Below, in pieces: positions 52,918 through 64,000 of a stretch of DNA of 64,000 nucleotides. This stretch comes from Octopus sinensis. Taxonomy: Eukaryota. The stretch's first letter is position 1. Each line of letters opens with the position of its first letter. The notes below the pieces were generated by a model, which was given only the letters and a program-made list of their open reading frames with translations, did no database searches and was not told the DNA's origin. The stretch is from the NCBI RefSeq assembly GCF_006345805.1, contig NC_043006.1, forward strand, positions 82,150,001 through 82,214,000. The letters are read 5' to 3'. The position numbers and the translations under genes are program-made.

Positions 52918-53105
52918 CATTCCTACACTGATCATACTGCGATACAAAGATGACAAGAAGACAGGGGTCAACGTCGTTATTTATACCTTTTACTGCTACT
53001 CTTGTATTTCTCTGCCCCAAGTACTGAGACTCAAATGAATAAACTAGTGAAAACGACGGAGACGATTTCTTCTACATTTGACACAACTTTTAAACTTTTT
53101 AGCTG

Positions 53106-53154
<49 letters not shown>

Positions 53155-53529
53155 AAGTGAAGTCCCGTCCGTTGGCTTTTTTTTAAGCGACTGTCTTATT
53201 TTTCCCCCTTTTTGCTCGTTTCGGCGAAGCACTTTGTTTCCTTATTGCCTCTTTCTTTTGGAAATGATTCATATTCGAATATTCTGCGCTGTTTTGTACG
53301 CTAGCGATAGTGCTGCTATTATGCAATGCTATTGCTTTCATTTACTGAACAGTGTACGAATTTATCAATGTTGCTGTTTACGTGTCCACTTGAGACATAC
53401 AAATTGGCATTTTTGGTTGTTAAAAATATTTTCTTTTTGTTCATGTCTAATATTGATATTTCACTGTACAATTAAATTACTTTTCTTCATACATTTTTTT
53501 TTTGCACTGTGTTATTTTGCTCATTGTTA

Positions 53530-55470
53530 AGAGGGGCATGACCAACTTGCTCCGGATAATGTGCGCCCACATAATCTATTGATACTCCAAATTCTAACGA
53601 GTCTGACACCCTGACATCTGCGTGTGTAGACAGTGCGTTTCAAATGAGATGTAAACCTTTGCTATAATGGTACCAGTATCAAAATTTACAGGAAAAGGGA
53701 GATGAGGCATCTTTAATGGACTAAGTGCGTGATGCAAAAAACGGCTACCCTAAAAAAATTCCACTATACTTTACAACGATCTAGTCTCTGAAGATGGGAC
53801 TAAAACTGACTGTTCTAAGGACAGTTGACAAGTTCCGATGGTTGTAAACTTTTGATTGATTCAAATTGATCTGAGCCTCACCAGATCTATTCCCAATTTC
53901 TTTTACTAAGCATCGCATGAAGGTTACGATGACGAGACTCGCTGCGGTTCGCACAAATTTGTGCATATCCGTCTGCATCTGACGGCTAGTACCAACATCT
54001 TGGCGAGCACATTTGCCCAAGTCTACGTTTAACAATGTTAAGGAGCTGACGCTGTTTATTACAAGCCCCTTAATCGGATCCTTTCTAAGTAACATCACCG
54101 GTTTACAGCTGCCAGGACAAGCGACTAAATATGGCATGTGATAATATAGGTTGTAGAGTAGACCATCAAGTTTTGGCAGTTTGTCTCTTGCACAGCGGCT
54201 GAACAGGTCCGCCACTCCGACGGCTGAAATTATCTTTCGGTATGCTGTGTCTCTGATTTGTGGCAGACAGTCGAAACGGACATCATCGTTGATCGCCGGC
54301 TTAAGTTTGTCGCTCCTCGCAATAAGTTCAGCAAAGTGCTGCTGGGAAACCATTGATACGCGCTTAGAACCAGACAGTACGCATCAGTGTAGTCTATCAG
54401 ACATCGAAATGTGCTTCTGTTGTCACGCTGCGCTCCACAACCAAGTCCATCGAACAGCTTCTGTACTCTTGTGTTTCAGTGTATCCTCTCTTGAACCAAC
54501 AAGGAATAATTTACATTTAGCTTCAAAGAAATATTGTCAAGAGAATTTTCGTCTGTATCTTGTCGTTCACGGTACTTTCCTGCCCACCTCCTCTAATCAA
54601 TTTGCTAGCTCCTCCTCTACTCCATCTTTCTATGTCGCTACTTTGCTAAAACTAACATGCTTATTTAGCGAGACATACAGTCTGTTATTGATGACATCTA
54701 TTAATTCCTGTTTAATTAGTATATTAACGCGATTCCCCAAAATTTTCGAGCTGGAAATGACGCTTTCATCTCCCAGTAACCGGACCCCTATCTGTTAAAT
54801 TAACAGTTCAGATCACGAGTTTATGGTCAGTGTAGCCAACCACCCGAATCTCCGAACTGCTTACGCTATACTTATCAGCCAACAATGACAGAAACTATCG
54901 GTAACTTGACAAAATTCAAACTGAGATGAGCCGCTACGACTTGTCTAAATTCATATTGGTGCATTACAGAACTCCAGATTATACATGTCAAATAACTGGA
55001 AACGCTTGAGTACACATTCCCTGTGTGCGTTTATGATTCTATTCCAATCGCCCACCATCCCTACCTAGTGAGCGAGATATTTCAACGAACATGTCTAGAT
55101 CTAAAGAAATCCGATTTCCCAGCTCCTACAGGACTGTACGCTTCCACTAATTTGAAGGCACCACCCGCCCCACTGTTCACATTCAGTACCACCAATTTAT
55201 CAATTCGGGTTTAGGGAGTTTGTATTTAACTATAGATCCAGACCTTTCCAAAACAGCACTGTTATGCTATTCGATCTAAACCAGTCGAACAAGGCATAAA
55301 TTTCATAATTAATTTGAATGATGAGGAGCGAGTGCATCTCAGAAACCTACGTCTCTACCACATCTAAATACAGTGAGCTGTGGTTGTTAAGAACTCCTGC
55401 TTCCCTAACTACGTGCATTTATATTGCCAGTTCTTTGTGCGAGTATATAAGGAAGATGAGAAACAAGAAA
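53530..55470 (-). mobile_element. Old Tx1/L1-clade LINE ORF2 (endonuclease to RT), heavily degraded
   Basis: Minus strand: IGNINARS...VLFWKGLDL, KLVVLNVNSGAGGAFKLVEAYSP.GAGKSDFF (EN); DGLLYNLY.HMP, LLRKDPIKG....TLLNVDL, QINLNQSK, VSTHAD (RT). Explains ORF 53781-54353. Confidence 0.75.
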
Positions 55471-55872
55471 AGAAAAAAACTAGGAGGGTATCACCCTTGA
55501 CTTGGAGATAATCATTTATCAGGATACCCGAAAGGTGCCTTCCCAGTTGTGCTACAAGGAAGCTGTCCATAAACCTTGGGATAGCTGCCTAATTATCTGT
55601 ATCGACGTCTCTTGATACTGTAATTGCTCATGCTGGTCACAAAGCTTTTATAGAATGTTATACAGTATACAAAGGTTGACGCTTCACAATCTATATAAAT
55701 GACTGTCAGCGCCCAGCAACATTCTGAATGTCAAGTGCCTAATTTTGATCTATGCTCGACTCAGGATTGTAACTCTGCTAAAAAGAAGAGCGGTGAAAAA
55801 AGGGTAATACCATTTCATACCTGCAGATTTTGTAGACTCGGTGCATACTGAGAATCACTAGCCACAGCATAA

Positions 55873-56090
55873 TAATCTTTTCTACTATAAGCACAAGGCC
55901 TGGATTTTGTGGGGAGGGAGACAGTCGATCTCATCGACCCCAGTACTCAACTGGTACTTCATTTATTGACCCCTAAAGGATGAAAGGCAAAGTCGACCTC
56001 GATGGAATTTGAACTCAAAACGTAAAGACGGGAAAAATACCGCTAAACATTTTGCTCGACGTGCTAACGATTCTGCCAGCTCACCGCCTT
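55873..56090 (-). mobile_element. SINE family B (ATT-tailed variant) with 13-bp TSD
   Basis: Full-length; TSD AGCCACAGCATAA at 55860-55872 and 56094-56106. Confidence 0.9.
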
Positions 56091-56361
56091 ATCAGCCACA
56101 GCATAACAACAATAATAATAATGTGGATTTGTAGAACAATGGAGATGACTGAAGCACTAGTGCACCGAACTGTCTCTTTATGTTATGTATTTAATTCTCA
56201 TCTTTGACACTGACGAGATTTGAATACATAAGATAAAGAGACTTTTCTAAAGATGAAGACAATGCTCTTAGCCCTTTTTATTACAATATTTCGGGGCTCA
56301 GATACTTCCTAGATTGCTCCGTCTTTCATCGCTGCTTGGAACACTTGGATATTGCGTAGAT

Positions 56362-56649
56362 CAGTGCTTCTCAAACTTTCTGATATGGCGTACCGGCAGT
56401 TTTTTTTTTCCCAATGTGCCAGAGATCGGTAATATTTCTTAGTAATATTAATCTATACTGGAAACAATATATATAATGAATATAATAAAAGTTGACAATT
56501 TTTTTGTCTTATATTTATTCTGTAAACAAAGAATACAGTATTACATAAGCATTTTATGTTTCTTTCTTTTCTGGAAACTCGCTGCGTACCGGCAGCTGAT
56601 GGCTCGCGGACCGTCAGCGGTCCGCGGACCACCACTTTGAGTAGCACTG
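56362..56649. mobile_element. hAT MITE with perfect 8-bp TSD
   Basis: TIRs CAGTGCTTCTCAAA / TTTGAGTAGCACTG; TSD GCGTAGAT at 56354-56361 and 56650-56657. Confidence 0.9.
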
Positions 56650-57519
56650 GCGTAGATACTTCAATTGACTCTCCCAGTGTATTACACCAATAAATCTCGT
56701 GACCAAAGTAAGACCCTGTAATCAATTCTAGAACTAATGAAGGGAGATTCTATTTAATCGTTCGACTTTCGATCTTCTAGAAAAAGCATCCAAGTAACCC
56801 TCAAAGAGAAGGATGAAAATGAAACTTGAAGCAATTTAATGGGTTGAAGGCGACAAACGGCAGTGTCTTTAAAGACACGTAGGCAGAAAGACAAACCGCT
56901 GGATGGACGAGGAGAAGAAACCATGACTCGTGGATTGCTGCCGTTAGAAAAAGCACTGCTGGATATCGAACTGGATACCTGGGTAGACTCGTAAAGACAA
57001 CCACATGCGGGTGGATTGCTAATACCAGAAAAATGAAAAAGGAAAATGCCACCCTGCTAGTGAGACTTGACAGAAATTCAACAACTATTTCTAGCAAAAT
57101 AAATCGAGTGATTACACAGTCGTTGGCTTCGACTGGTCATAGAGAAAGGTTCCCTTATGAGCTCAAAGTGTCCACTTATAAAGATTCATTCGTTTGTTTA
57201 CGAAGACTGCAAGGAACAGTGGTTCCAACACCATTTTTATATTCGCGGAATACTTTAAAGCAAATAAAAAAATTGGGGCACACTTTGCACAAAAATGTTT
57301 TGAAATGTGTTAAAAACGATATTATATATTTTAGCCAATAAATATAATTAAGCAATATAATATGAAATAAATGAAATATAGTTGTCAAGATTTTATATTT
57401 AGAATTTTAAATATTTTTTTTAAACATGATTTTATTATATTTCCAGCTTACATGCCAGCAAAGTGGTGAAGTATTTATCGCGTCAGAGTGAATACCGCGG
57501 GTTGTTTTTATTTATTAGC

Positions 57520-57712
57520 CTGTGTACTGGCAGAAACGTTAGCGAGCTGGGCAAATGCTTAGCGGAATTTCTTTAGGTTATTTACGTCTTGAGTTCAAAT
57601 CCCACCGCGATCAACTATTCCTTTCATCCTTTCGGGTCGATAAAATAAAGTATCAATCAAGTACTGAAGTCGATATAATCGACTAACCTCCTCCCTTCAA
57701 AATTTAAAGCGA
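57520..57712 (+). mobile_element. SINE family B
   Basis: Head and Meta-like body. Confidence 0.75.
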
Positions 57713-58441
57713 TTATTTTTGCAGTTCACCAAGCCACATCTCAAAACATAATTGCGCTGCTACCTTGCAGAGCCCTATTTGGGAGAAGGGGAAAATCACC
57801 GATTATAGGAGACTCCCTTGATAGCTACGAACGACCGCATAGACTGGGACGCCCTCGTTAATACATTTTTGGTTTGCATTTCAGATGATGAGGTTTCCTC
57901 AACTGGAGCGGCATGGCAGGAAGAACTGGGCGATATGAAAGCAGGTTAATGTTCGGTGTGCATAGCAGAAGAAAGAAAACATTGATAGCATGGGAGTTCC
58001 AAAAGAAACTATCTCTCAGCTTATTTCCAGATTATTAGCAGAAGTCTGGGGAAGAGAAGGGTAATATTGTTCAAGACCATCGTTATACTCTCAGCGTAAA
58101 AATAGAAGGAAACAAACATAAGACGTAAAAACAGTATTTAATAACAGAGTAGGACGCAGTTAACACGCTCAACAACAAAATGGCTGGAAAGAAGGAAAGA
58201 AAATCTCTAATTTAAGTGGCAGACTGACTAGTAGCATTTAAATATAACGACTAGAATATGAGACGACTGCTGGTGAGAGAAGTTTTCTTTGGCAAGAGTT
58301 AAAACAGTAGACTGTATTAAAAAATAAATAAAATAGAAAGCGACAAGTGCGGTTAGTTAGATAAGTTGTTTTCCTTACTGCATACTAGCTGAAGTTTTAA
58401 AGTGAGTTAGCATTTATGGTGGTTTTGAAAAAGAAATAATT

Positions 58442-58848
58442 GGGATCTTTTCGGTCTGAACGGCAGTTTTTTCTAGCGGTATCATATGAAATTGTCACCC
58501 ATAATTATGACCCTAGTATCGATCTATTGCATTTCAATCTGTTTTAGGGTTAGGGTTAGGGGTGGGGGGAAGGGGATCTTTTTCTTCAGAAATGTAAATA
58601 AACCCAATCTGTTTTTTAAACGAGGGACATATTCATACGGCACCGAATGTTTTCACCTCAATTAGACGTCATTGATTGGTTGAAATTGCAGAAATTGAAG
58701 AAAAAAACAACAAATATCCTACAAACCATAGAATTTTCTCAATAAAGCCAAGAGAAAAAGATGTTTTATAAACACATTCTACCAGTATACGAAGTTTAAA
58801 AGGGTTTAGTTACGTGGAAATTATTTTAAAAAATTGCTGTTCAAACCG
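58442..58848. mobile_element. Second copy of the GGGATC-TIR MITE, right TIR truncated
   Basis: Highly similar to 48239-48670 over ~400 bp; ends ...GTTCAAACCG. Confidence 0.85.
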
Positions 58849-59391
58849 TGTTTAATAATTGTTTCTCATTTAGACACAAAGCCAGTAGTTTTGAGTGGAA
58901 GGGATTAGACGCTACCTCCGATTTTATCGGTACCAATACTTGACTGGTACTTTACTTTATCGACCTCGAAACAACAAAAGACAAAGTCACGGCAATCGAC
59001 CCTTGTACTTGACTGGAGCTTTATTTTATCAACCTCAAAAGCAAGGCCATCTTAGCAGTATTATAGACCTCTGGGCAAACCATTGCACAAGGCCCTATAG
59101 TACTTATCTAGTGTCAGCAGATCGCAGCATTCGTAGATCTAAATTGGGCCTCTAGACCTGTAAGGCTTCCGAGCAACTGTCCAGCGTACCAATGACTTAA
59201 AATGATATTACACAAAAGGATATAAGGCAAAATTGGTCCCGACGTAGTTTGAACTCAGAGCGTTTAAAAGCTAACAGAAATACTGCAATGTATTGTATAA
59301 CGATACGGCCAGCTTGTCACGATGCTAATACTTTTGAAGCTCTATAGTATTACAACATTATTAAGAAATAAAACAAAAGTGAATGTAGCGA

Positions 59392-59407
59392 CGTGTGTGT
59401 GTGTGTA

Positions 59408-59449
<42 letters not shown>

Positions 59450-59471
59450 TGTGTGTGAGAGAGAGAGAGAG

Positions 59472-59507
<36 letters not shown>

Positions 59508-59535
59508 TGAGTGTGTGAGAGAGAGAGAGAGAGAG

Positions 59536-59583
<48 letters not shown>

Positions 59584-59625
59584 TGTGTGAGAGAGAGAGA
59601 GTGTGTGTGTGTGTGTGTGTGTGTG
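59392..59625. repeat. Compound (GT)n/(GA)n microsatellite
   Basis: Direct reading. Confidence 0.95.
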
Positions 59626-60039
59626 CTTTGATTGGATATCAAAACACTTCCTTGAGATCATTATTTCACTTTCGACACACAAACCTAATTCAAGTCACTT
59701 GCCAAGTAAGTCCGATGTCGATACTGAACAGGCATGAATACTTAAGGCGGGTCTCCTGGTAACATACGTGAAATGTGTAGCAGTGTTGCCATTAATCTCA
59801 CAAAAAAAAAAGCCAGATGCAGCTAGCTGATTTAGCTGATATGTTTGTTAGACAACTTCCTGTTGCGCCAAGCACACATACACGGCTGTTACTGGTCACT
59901 TGATATAGAGAATTATGTCTTCTGTCATTTGGTTGCATTGTTTGCTTAAATGATATCGGGTACCCTGGTAAATATTGCGCCAGCCACCTTATATACACAG
60001 ACATTCAATGCTAATTGTATTTAAGGTGACGAGACATCA

Positions 60040-60830
60040 GAATCGTTAATACGCCAGGAAAAATACTTAGCTGCATTTCATCCGTTTTTACGTTCTGAGT
60101 TCAAATTCAGTTGAGGCCGACTTCACCTTTTATCCTTTCGAGGTCGATGAAATATGTACTTGTTATGTGCTGGGGGTGGGGCAGTGTAATCGGCTCACCC
60201 ACTTCTCCGAAAATACTGGCCTTGTGCCAAAATTTGAAACCAATATTAATTGTATATTTAAAGCAGCGAGCGGGCAGAATCGTTGGCACACGAGTAAACT
60301 GCTTAGCAGCATTTCGTCCAACTTTACGTTCTGAGTTCAAATGCCGCTGGGATCAACTTTGCCTTTTATCTTTTCGAGTCGATAAAGTAAGTACCAGTGA
60401 AACACTGGGGTCAATGTAATCGACTAACCCAGTTGGTTCTCAACCGGGGTTTATATGGCCCCTGAGAGTCCATATAAGATTTTTGGGGGTCCATGCAACA
60501 AAATAGTAATTTGAGGGTCCACAATAGTATTTTAAGGGCCCCTGAAAAAATTTTGTTTTAGATGTATTTATTGGTATGTTTTGCAAGAAATAGCTAGATT
60601 TCTTTCTTTAACATTTTACATTGTTCAACCTACACAAGTTAATGTGTGGAAAACAAAATAGGAATTTTGAAAGAAATTTCAATAAAATTAGTTGCTATGA
60701 CTATGGGGTTCCACTAGAATAAAACAGTATTCAAAGGGGTCCGTCGATAAATAATGATAGAGAAACCCTGTACTAAACCAATGCTTTAAAATTGCTGGCC
60801 TTGTGTCAAATTTTGAAACCAATATTAATA
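60040..60830 (+). mobile_element. Tandem pair of family B SINEs (second interrupted by a hAT MITE)
   Basis: Copies at ~60040-60250 and ~60265-60830, both ending GCCTTGTG(C/T)CAAA.TTTGAAACCAATATTAAT. Confidence 0.75.
60430..60770. mobile_element. hAT MITE inserted into a SINE
   Basis: CAGTTGGTTCTCAAC ... GATAGAGAAACCCTG; imperfect 8-bp TSD GACTAACC / TACTAAAC; splits a Meta-type SINE body from its tail. Confidence 0.7.
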
Positions 60831-61165
60831 GTATATTTCGTAATTTTATTGTGTAAATTATATTTATCTAATAGAAGGATATTAAATAAGAATGTAAGAT
60901 TAATTGAAAGCGAAAACAATCGTATATATTTCATTTGAAGCTATTGTTGAACATGATATTTTATCCTTATTTTCGAAAGATTTAGAGGTTAAAATTATCT
61001 GATAAATAAGAAACTAGAGTGCAGAAAATAAAATCTTTTTTTCATAAAATGAGAGGACCATAGACACTTTCTATAACCCAAGCATCAAAATATCGGAACT
61101 GACCAGGAGCAATATATGCAGCAATAAAGGAATTATATGAAGACTTGCCATGAGCTCCCTCTTTA

Positions 61166-61857
61166 CATGATATTAGAACTGTACCCTATCACAACCTTTG
61201 GGATTTCTTGAACATTCTGGAAGGTTACCATAAATGGCACTGGAGACCGTTAGGTGCATTTGTTGTCTTCCATAAGACCCTGAACTGAGTCTTAAAATTT
61301 TGAAGCGCTCTTTCTTTCCGTTAGAGTCTGAGTGTTTTACTGATACGATAGAATCAATTAGATTGGAATGAATTTTATTTGTTAACCAAATCAATATATT
61401 GAAAGTTCATTTTTGCCTTTCTATGGTATACACATGACACCAGACCGGTCCAAACATAGGGCAATAAATAAATAATCAAATCCGCCATTTTGTCCGGTTT
61501 TAAATGGAAAATATTGATTGTGAGTGCAAAGCTGTGAATGTATGTTTGATTTGGAAAGATCATTTCATGAATTTCTTTTCATTCTTTGCGAAAGCAATGA
61601 AAAGCTTTGAGTTTCCGAAATGATGAACTGTTCGTTCATGCGTGTATCGAGGACTAACAGCATAGATTGAAGGGAAAAAGCAAAGCTGGCCAAACTTTAC
61701 CCAGTTATATCACTATCGGTTACATCTCGTAAATGCATATAAGAGAGTAACCTCAGTCTTATTTATCAGTTCCAGTGTAGCAAAATATTACATCTTGGTA
61801 GACATGTCTCTGGAAAATAGCTCAATGGCTATGATAGGGTACAGATCTAATATCATA
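61166..61857. mobile_element. Tc1/mariner-type non-autonomous element (TA TSD)
   Basis: 31-bp imperfect TIRs CATGATATTAGAACTGTACCCTATCACAACC / GGCTATGATAGGGTACAGATCTAATATCATA; TA on both sides. Confidence 0.75.
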
Positions 61858-62337
61858 TAAACTCAAGAATTATAATATTTCTTGTTTTTAGTTGTTACCA
61901 TCAGGTTCATAAATAGAGAAATTATGGAGATTTCCAATTCTTGAGAACTTGACATAAAATTAGCCATGAACAACGCAGCATTCTTCAAGATGAAGTCCAA
62001 TAACTGTCAATATTTATCGTTGGGATTAATTGATTGACACAGCAACGCTTCGGGATGCTGAAAATTGAAGTCTTGTAATTCAAAAGAGCATATCTGCTGG
62101 AATTCTGAGTGGAATTCTGGTATTAATTGCATCCTTTTCTTCAACCCACCAACTGAGAAGAATGTTAGTCCTTATGACATGTAGCATAAGCTTCTTAGCC
62201 ATTAATCTTGTGCCATTGCATAGCTGCAGTAGGTCTAAATTACGCAACATTCTTATTAAGGATAATTTTCTTTGACTGAGGTCTGAGTGGTGGTTGTCTG
62301 GAGGCTTTAAGAAACTTTAAAATTTTGCAGGAAAGTA

Positions 62338-62499
62338 CCGTATTTTAACATGTATAAGGAACCTCCTAATTTTGGGGGCTTAAAATTTAGAAAAAAGGTT
62401 TTGTAAGGGATTATAATATTATCCATGTATGAGAAACGCCCATATTTTTTAAACCTAATTTTTGACAAAAACGGATTCCTTATACACGTTAAAATACGG
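62338..62499. mobile_element. pogo/Tigger-like MITE (TA TSD)
   Basis: TA-CCGTATTTTAACATGTATAAGGA ... TCCTTATACACGTTAAAATACGG-TA; removing it restores helicase continuity. Confidence 0.8.
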
Positions 62500-62713
62500 T
62501 AAATTACAATTTCCTAATCCACACCAGTGTCTGTGGGTATGACTGTTTCCTGGAAGTGCCTGCAAAGGCTACCATTGATGTTGGCTACAATAGTTTTTAA
62601 TGTAAAAGTAATACTCTTTCAGTAACGCTGCGGTGGACTGGCGTCCCGTCCAGCTTGGAGGAACACAGAAACCGGAAACCGGGCCCATGAACCTGGTCGA
62701 CGTTTATCGTTTT

Positions 62714-63005
62714 GTGGAGGCGCAGTGGCCCAGTGGTTAGAGCAGCGGACTCGCGGTTGGGAGATCGCGGTTTCGGTTCCCGGACCGGGCGTTGTGTGTG
62801 TTTATTGAGCGAAAACACTTAAAAAAGCTCCACGAGGCTCCGGCAGGGGGTGATGGTGACCCCTGTTGTACTCTTTCGCCACAACTTTTTCTCACTCTCT
62901 CTTCCTGTTTCTTGAGTAACGCTGCGATGGCCTGGCGTCCCGTCCAGCTGGGGGAAACAGGGCCCATGAGCTTGGCTAGGCTTGAAAAGGGCGAGAAAAA
63001 AAAAC
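62714..63005 (+). mobile_element. Family D head with an alternative V-domain-like 3' half
   Basis: Matches family D for ~190 bp, then GCGATGG(C)CTGGCGTCCCGTCCAG; a truncated copy of the same 3' half lies at ~62620-62700. Confidence 0.75.
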
Positions 63006-63730
63006 CCTTTCACACAGTGACTTGTGTGTTAGTTAATGATGTTGCCGCTAGATATGAATTATCCAAAGTGACCGTGAAATTAATTATGGAAATTTAGTAG
63101 CGATTCTCTCCTAAAAGGAAAACATTTCTTCGTGATAGTTCTTTGAACTTGCGTTCACAAGATTTAACTTTTGTGTGGTTGCTGCTGAAAAGACGCGTCA
63201 GCTACTGAAGGCAACGTATCAGCTGATATTAATTAATTTAATCGGAAAATCGGGAAGTAAAAATTCATTGGAAGGAGTTCAAATTACGATCACGAAGAAA
63301 TGTAGTTTTCCTTTTTGAACCATTTACTACACATGAAAAATGAAAAAAATATATATAAAAAGACAAGCAATTATAAATTAAAGGAAAACTGAAGAAATGT
63401 GGTTTTAAATAGAAATACAATTGAAAGATGGAAGAAAGAAGCCAATGAAATTATATACGAATTACAGTTAACATCTTTATACTCAAATTTAAACAACAAA
63501 ATATCGTGAAAAATAAAAGTAAACATTATGTTTTGTTAAATCTTTAATTAACTTTAATTAATAATCACAATAAATTTTTGTCGGTCGTGTTTTCAGCAGA
63601 TTTGGTAATTTTCTTTTCTTCAGAAATTCAAACTCTTCAATAGTTGTTTGTTTGCAACACCGCTTTTCCTTTTCTTCATAAACTTACCGATAACATGTCA
63701 AGAAGTTCTACAAATTTGTCATAACATTTG

Positions 63731-63900
63731 TGTTGGATTGGCCAAAAAGTCCGTTAATTTTTTTAAAGCGAAATTAAGATACGACTTTCAAACACGAAGC
63801 AATTTACCGTTTAAAAAGAGTATACGGTGTCGATAATATTCACTTTCGTTCTCCATTTTCAGAGTGATTCCAAGCACGTAAAATACAACCAGTCTTATCA
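63731..63900 (-). mobile_element. mariner 3' end fragment
   Basis: TGTTGGATTGGCCAAAAAGT resembles a mariner TIR; minus strand ends ..ENESEYYRH, similar to the mariner C-terminus (ENNGEYIID). Confidence 0.5.
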
Positions 63901-64000
63901 CAAATTCACGTAGAACTGCGTTGAAGTATTAAATATCTAATGAGTGTTAGATACTTGATACTTCAAGGGAAAAAGTGAAGTTAGCTATTTATCAGTGTTG

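Larger units (their letters stand above)
61860..63100 (-). mobile_element. Helitron PIF1-like helicase C-terminus, pseudogenised, with nested insertions
   Basis: Minus strand: MLRNLD..LCNGTRL..KKLM.HVI, TRIP..IPADM.F...RLQF....A.SIN.SQ, VIGLHLEE....HG.FYV.FSR.GN; many stops; interrupted by a MITE and SINEs. Confidence 0.8.

Noticed and set aside
53781-54353. PVMLLRKDP read initially as a PIF1 helicase motif
   Set aside because: Context (TLLNVDL, INLNQSK, upstream EN motifs) fits L1/Tx1 reverse transcriptase.
54181-54798. 205-aa plus-strand ORF
   Set aside because: Antisense shadow of the degraded Tx1/L1 ORF2.

Overview
Eukaryotic, AT-rich, repeat-saturated genomic DNA. The SINE/LINE/MITE repertoire and dense (TA)n/(CA)n microsatellites point to a coleoid cephalopod, most likely Octopus (inference from recalled repeat families, not a search). 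The only host coding sequence I can support is coding exon 1 of an alkaline ceramidase (ACER3-like) on the minus strand (45306-45195, [37 protein letters not shown], phase-1 GT donor). I found no downstream ACER exons by eye, so most of 1-45194 is probably one very long, CpG-depleted first intron; the right third is CpG-rich promoter/intergenic DNA. Nearly all ORFs in the track are microsatellite or transposon artefacts. Mobile elements: CR1, RTE/RTE-X, R4/Dong and Tx1/L1 LINE fragments, a decayed Helitron helicase, hAT, piggyBac and Tc1/mariner MITEs, and at least four tRNA-SINE or LINE-tailed families. Highlights: (1) two (TA)n-flanked palindromic Penelope-like elements carrying minimal hammerhead ribozymes, one with an intact core at 35928-35971, and one element also contains an inverted copy of its own flank; (2) three SINE-LINE 3'-tail partnerships visible inside the window, including a SINE with a Tx1/L1-derived tail and a CR1/SINE stem-loop with a compensatory base pair; (3) a chimeric double R4/Dong 3' end in a (TAA)n array; (4) a MITE flanked by a 50-bp direct duplication. 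No prokaryotic system or CRISPR array is present.
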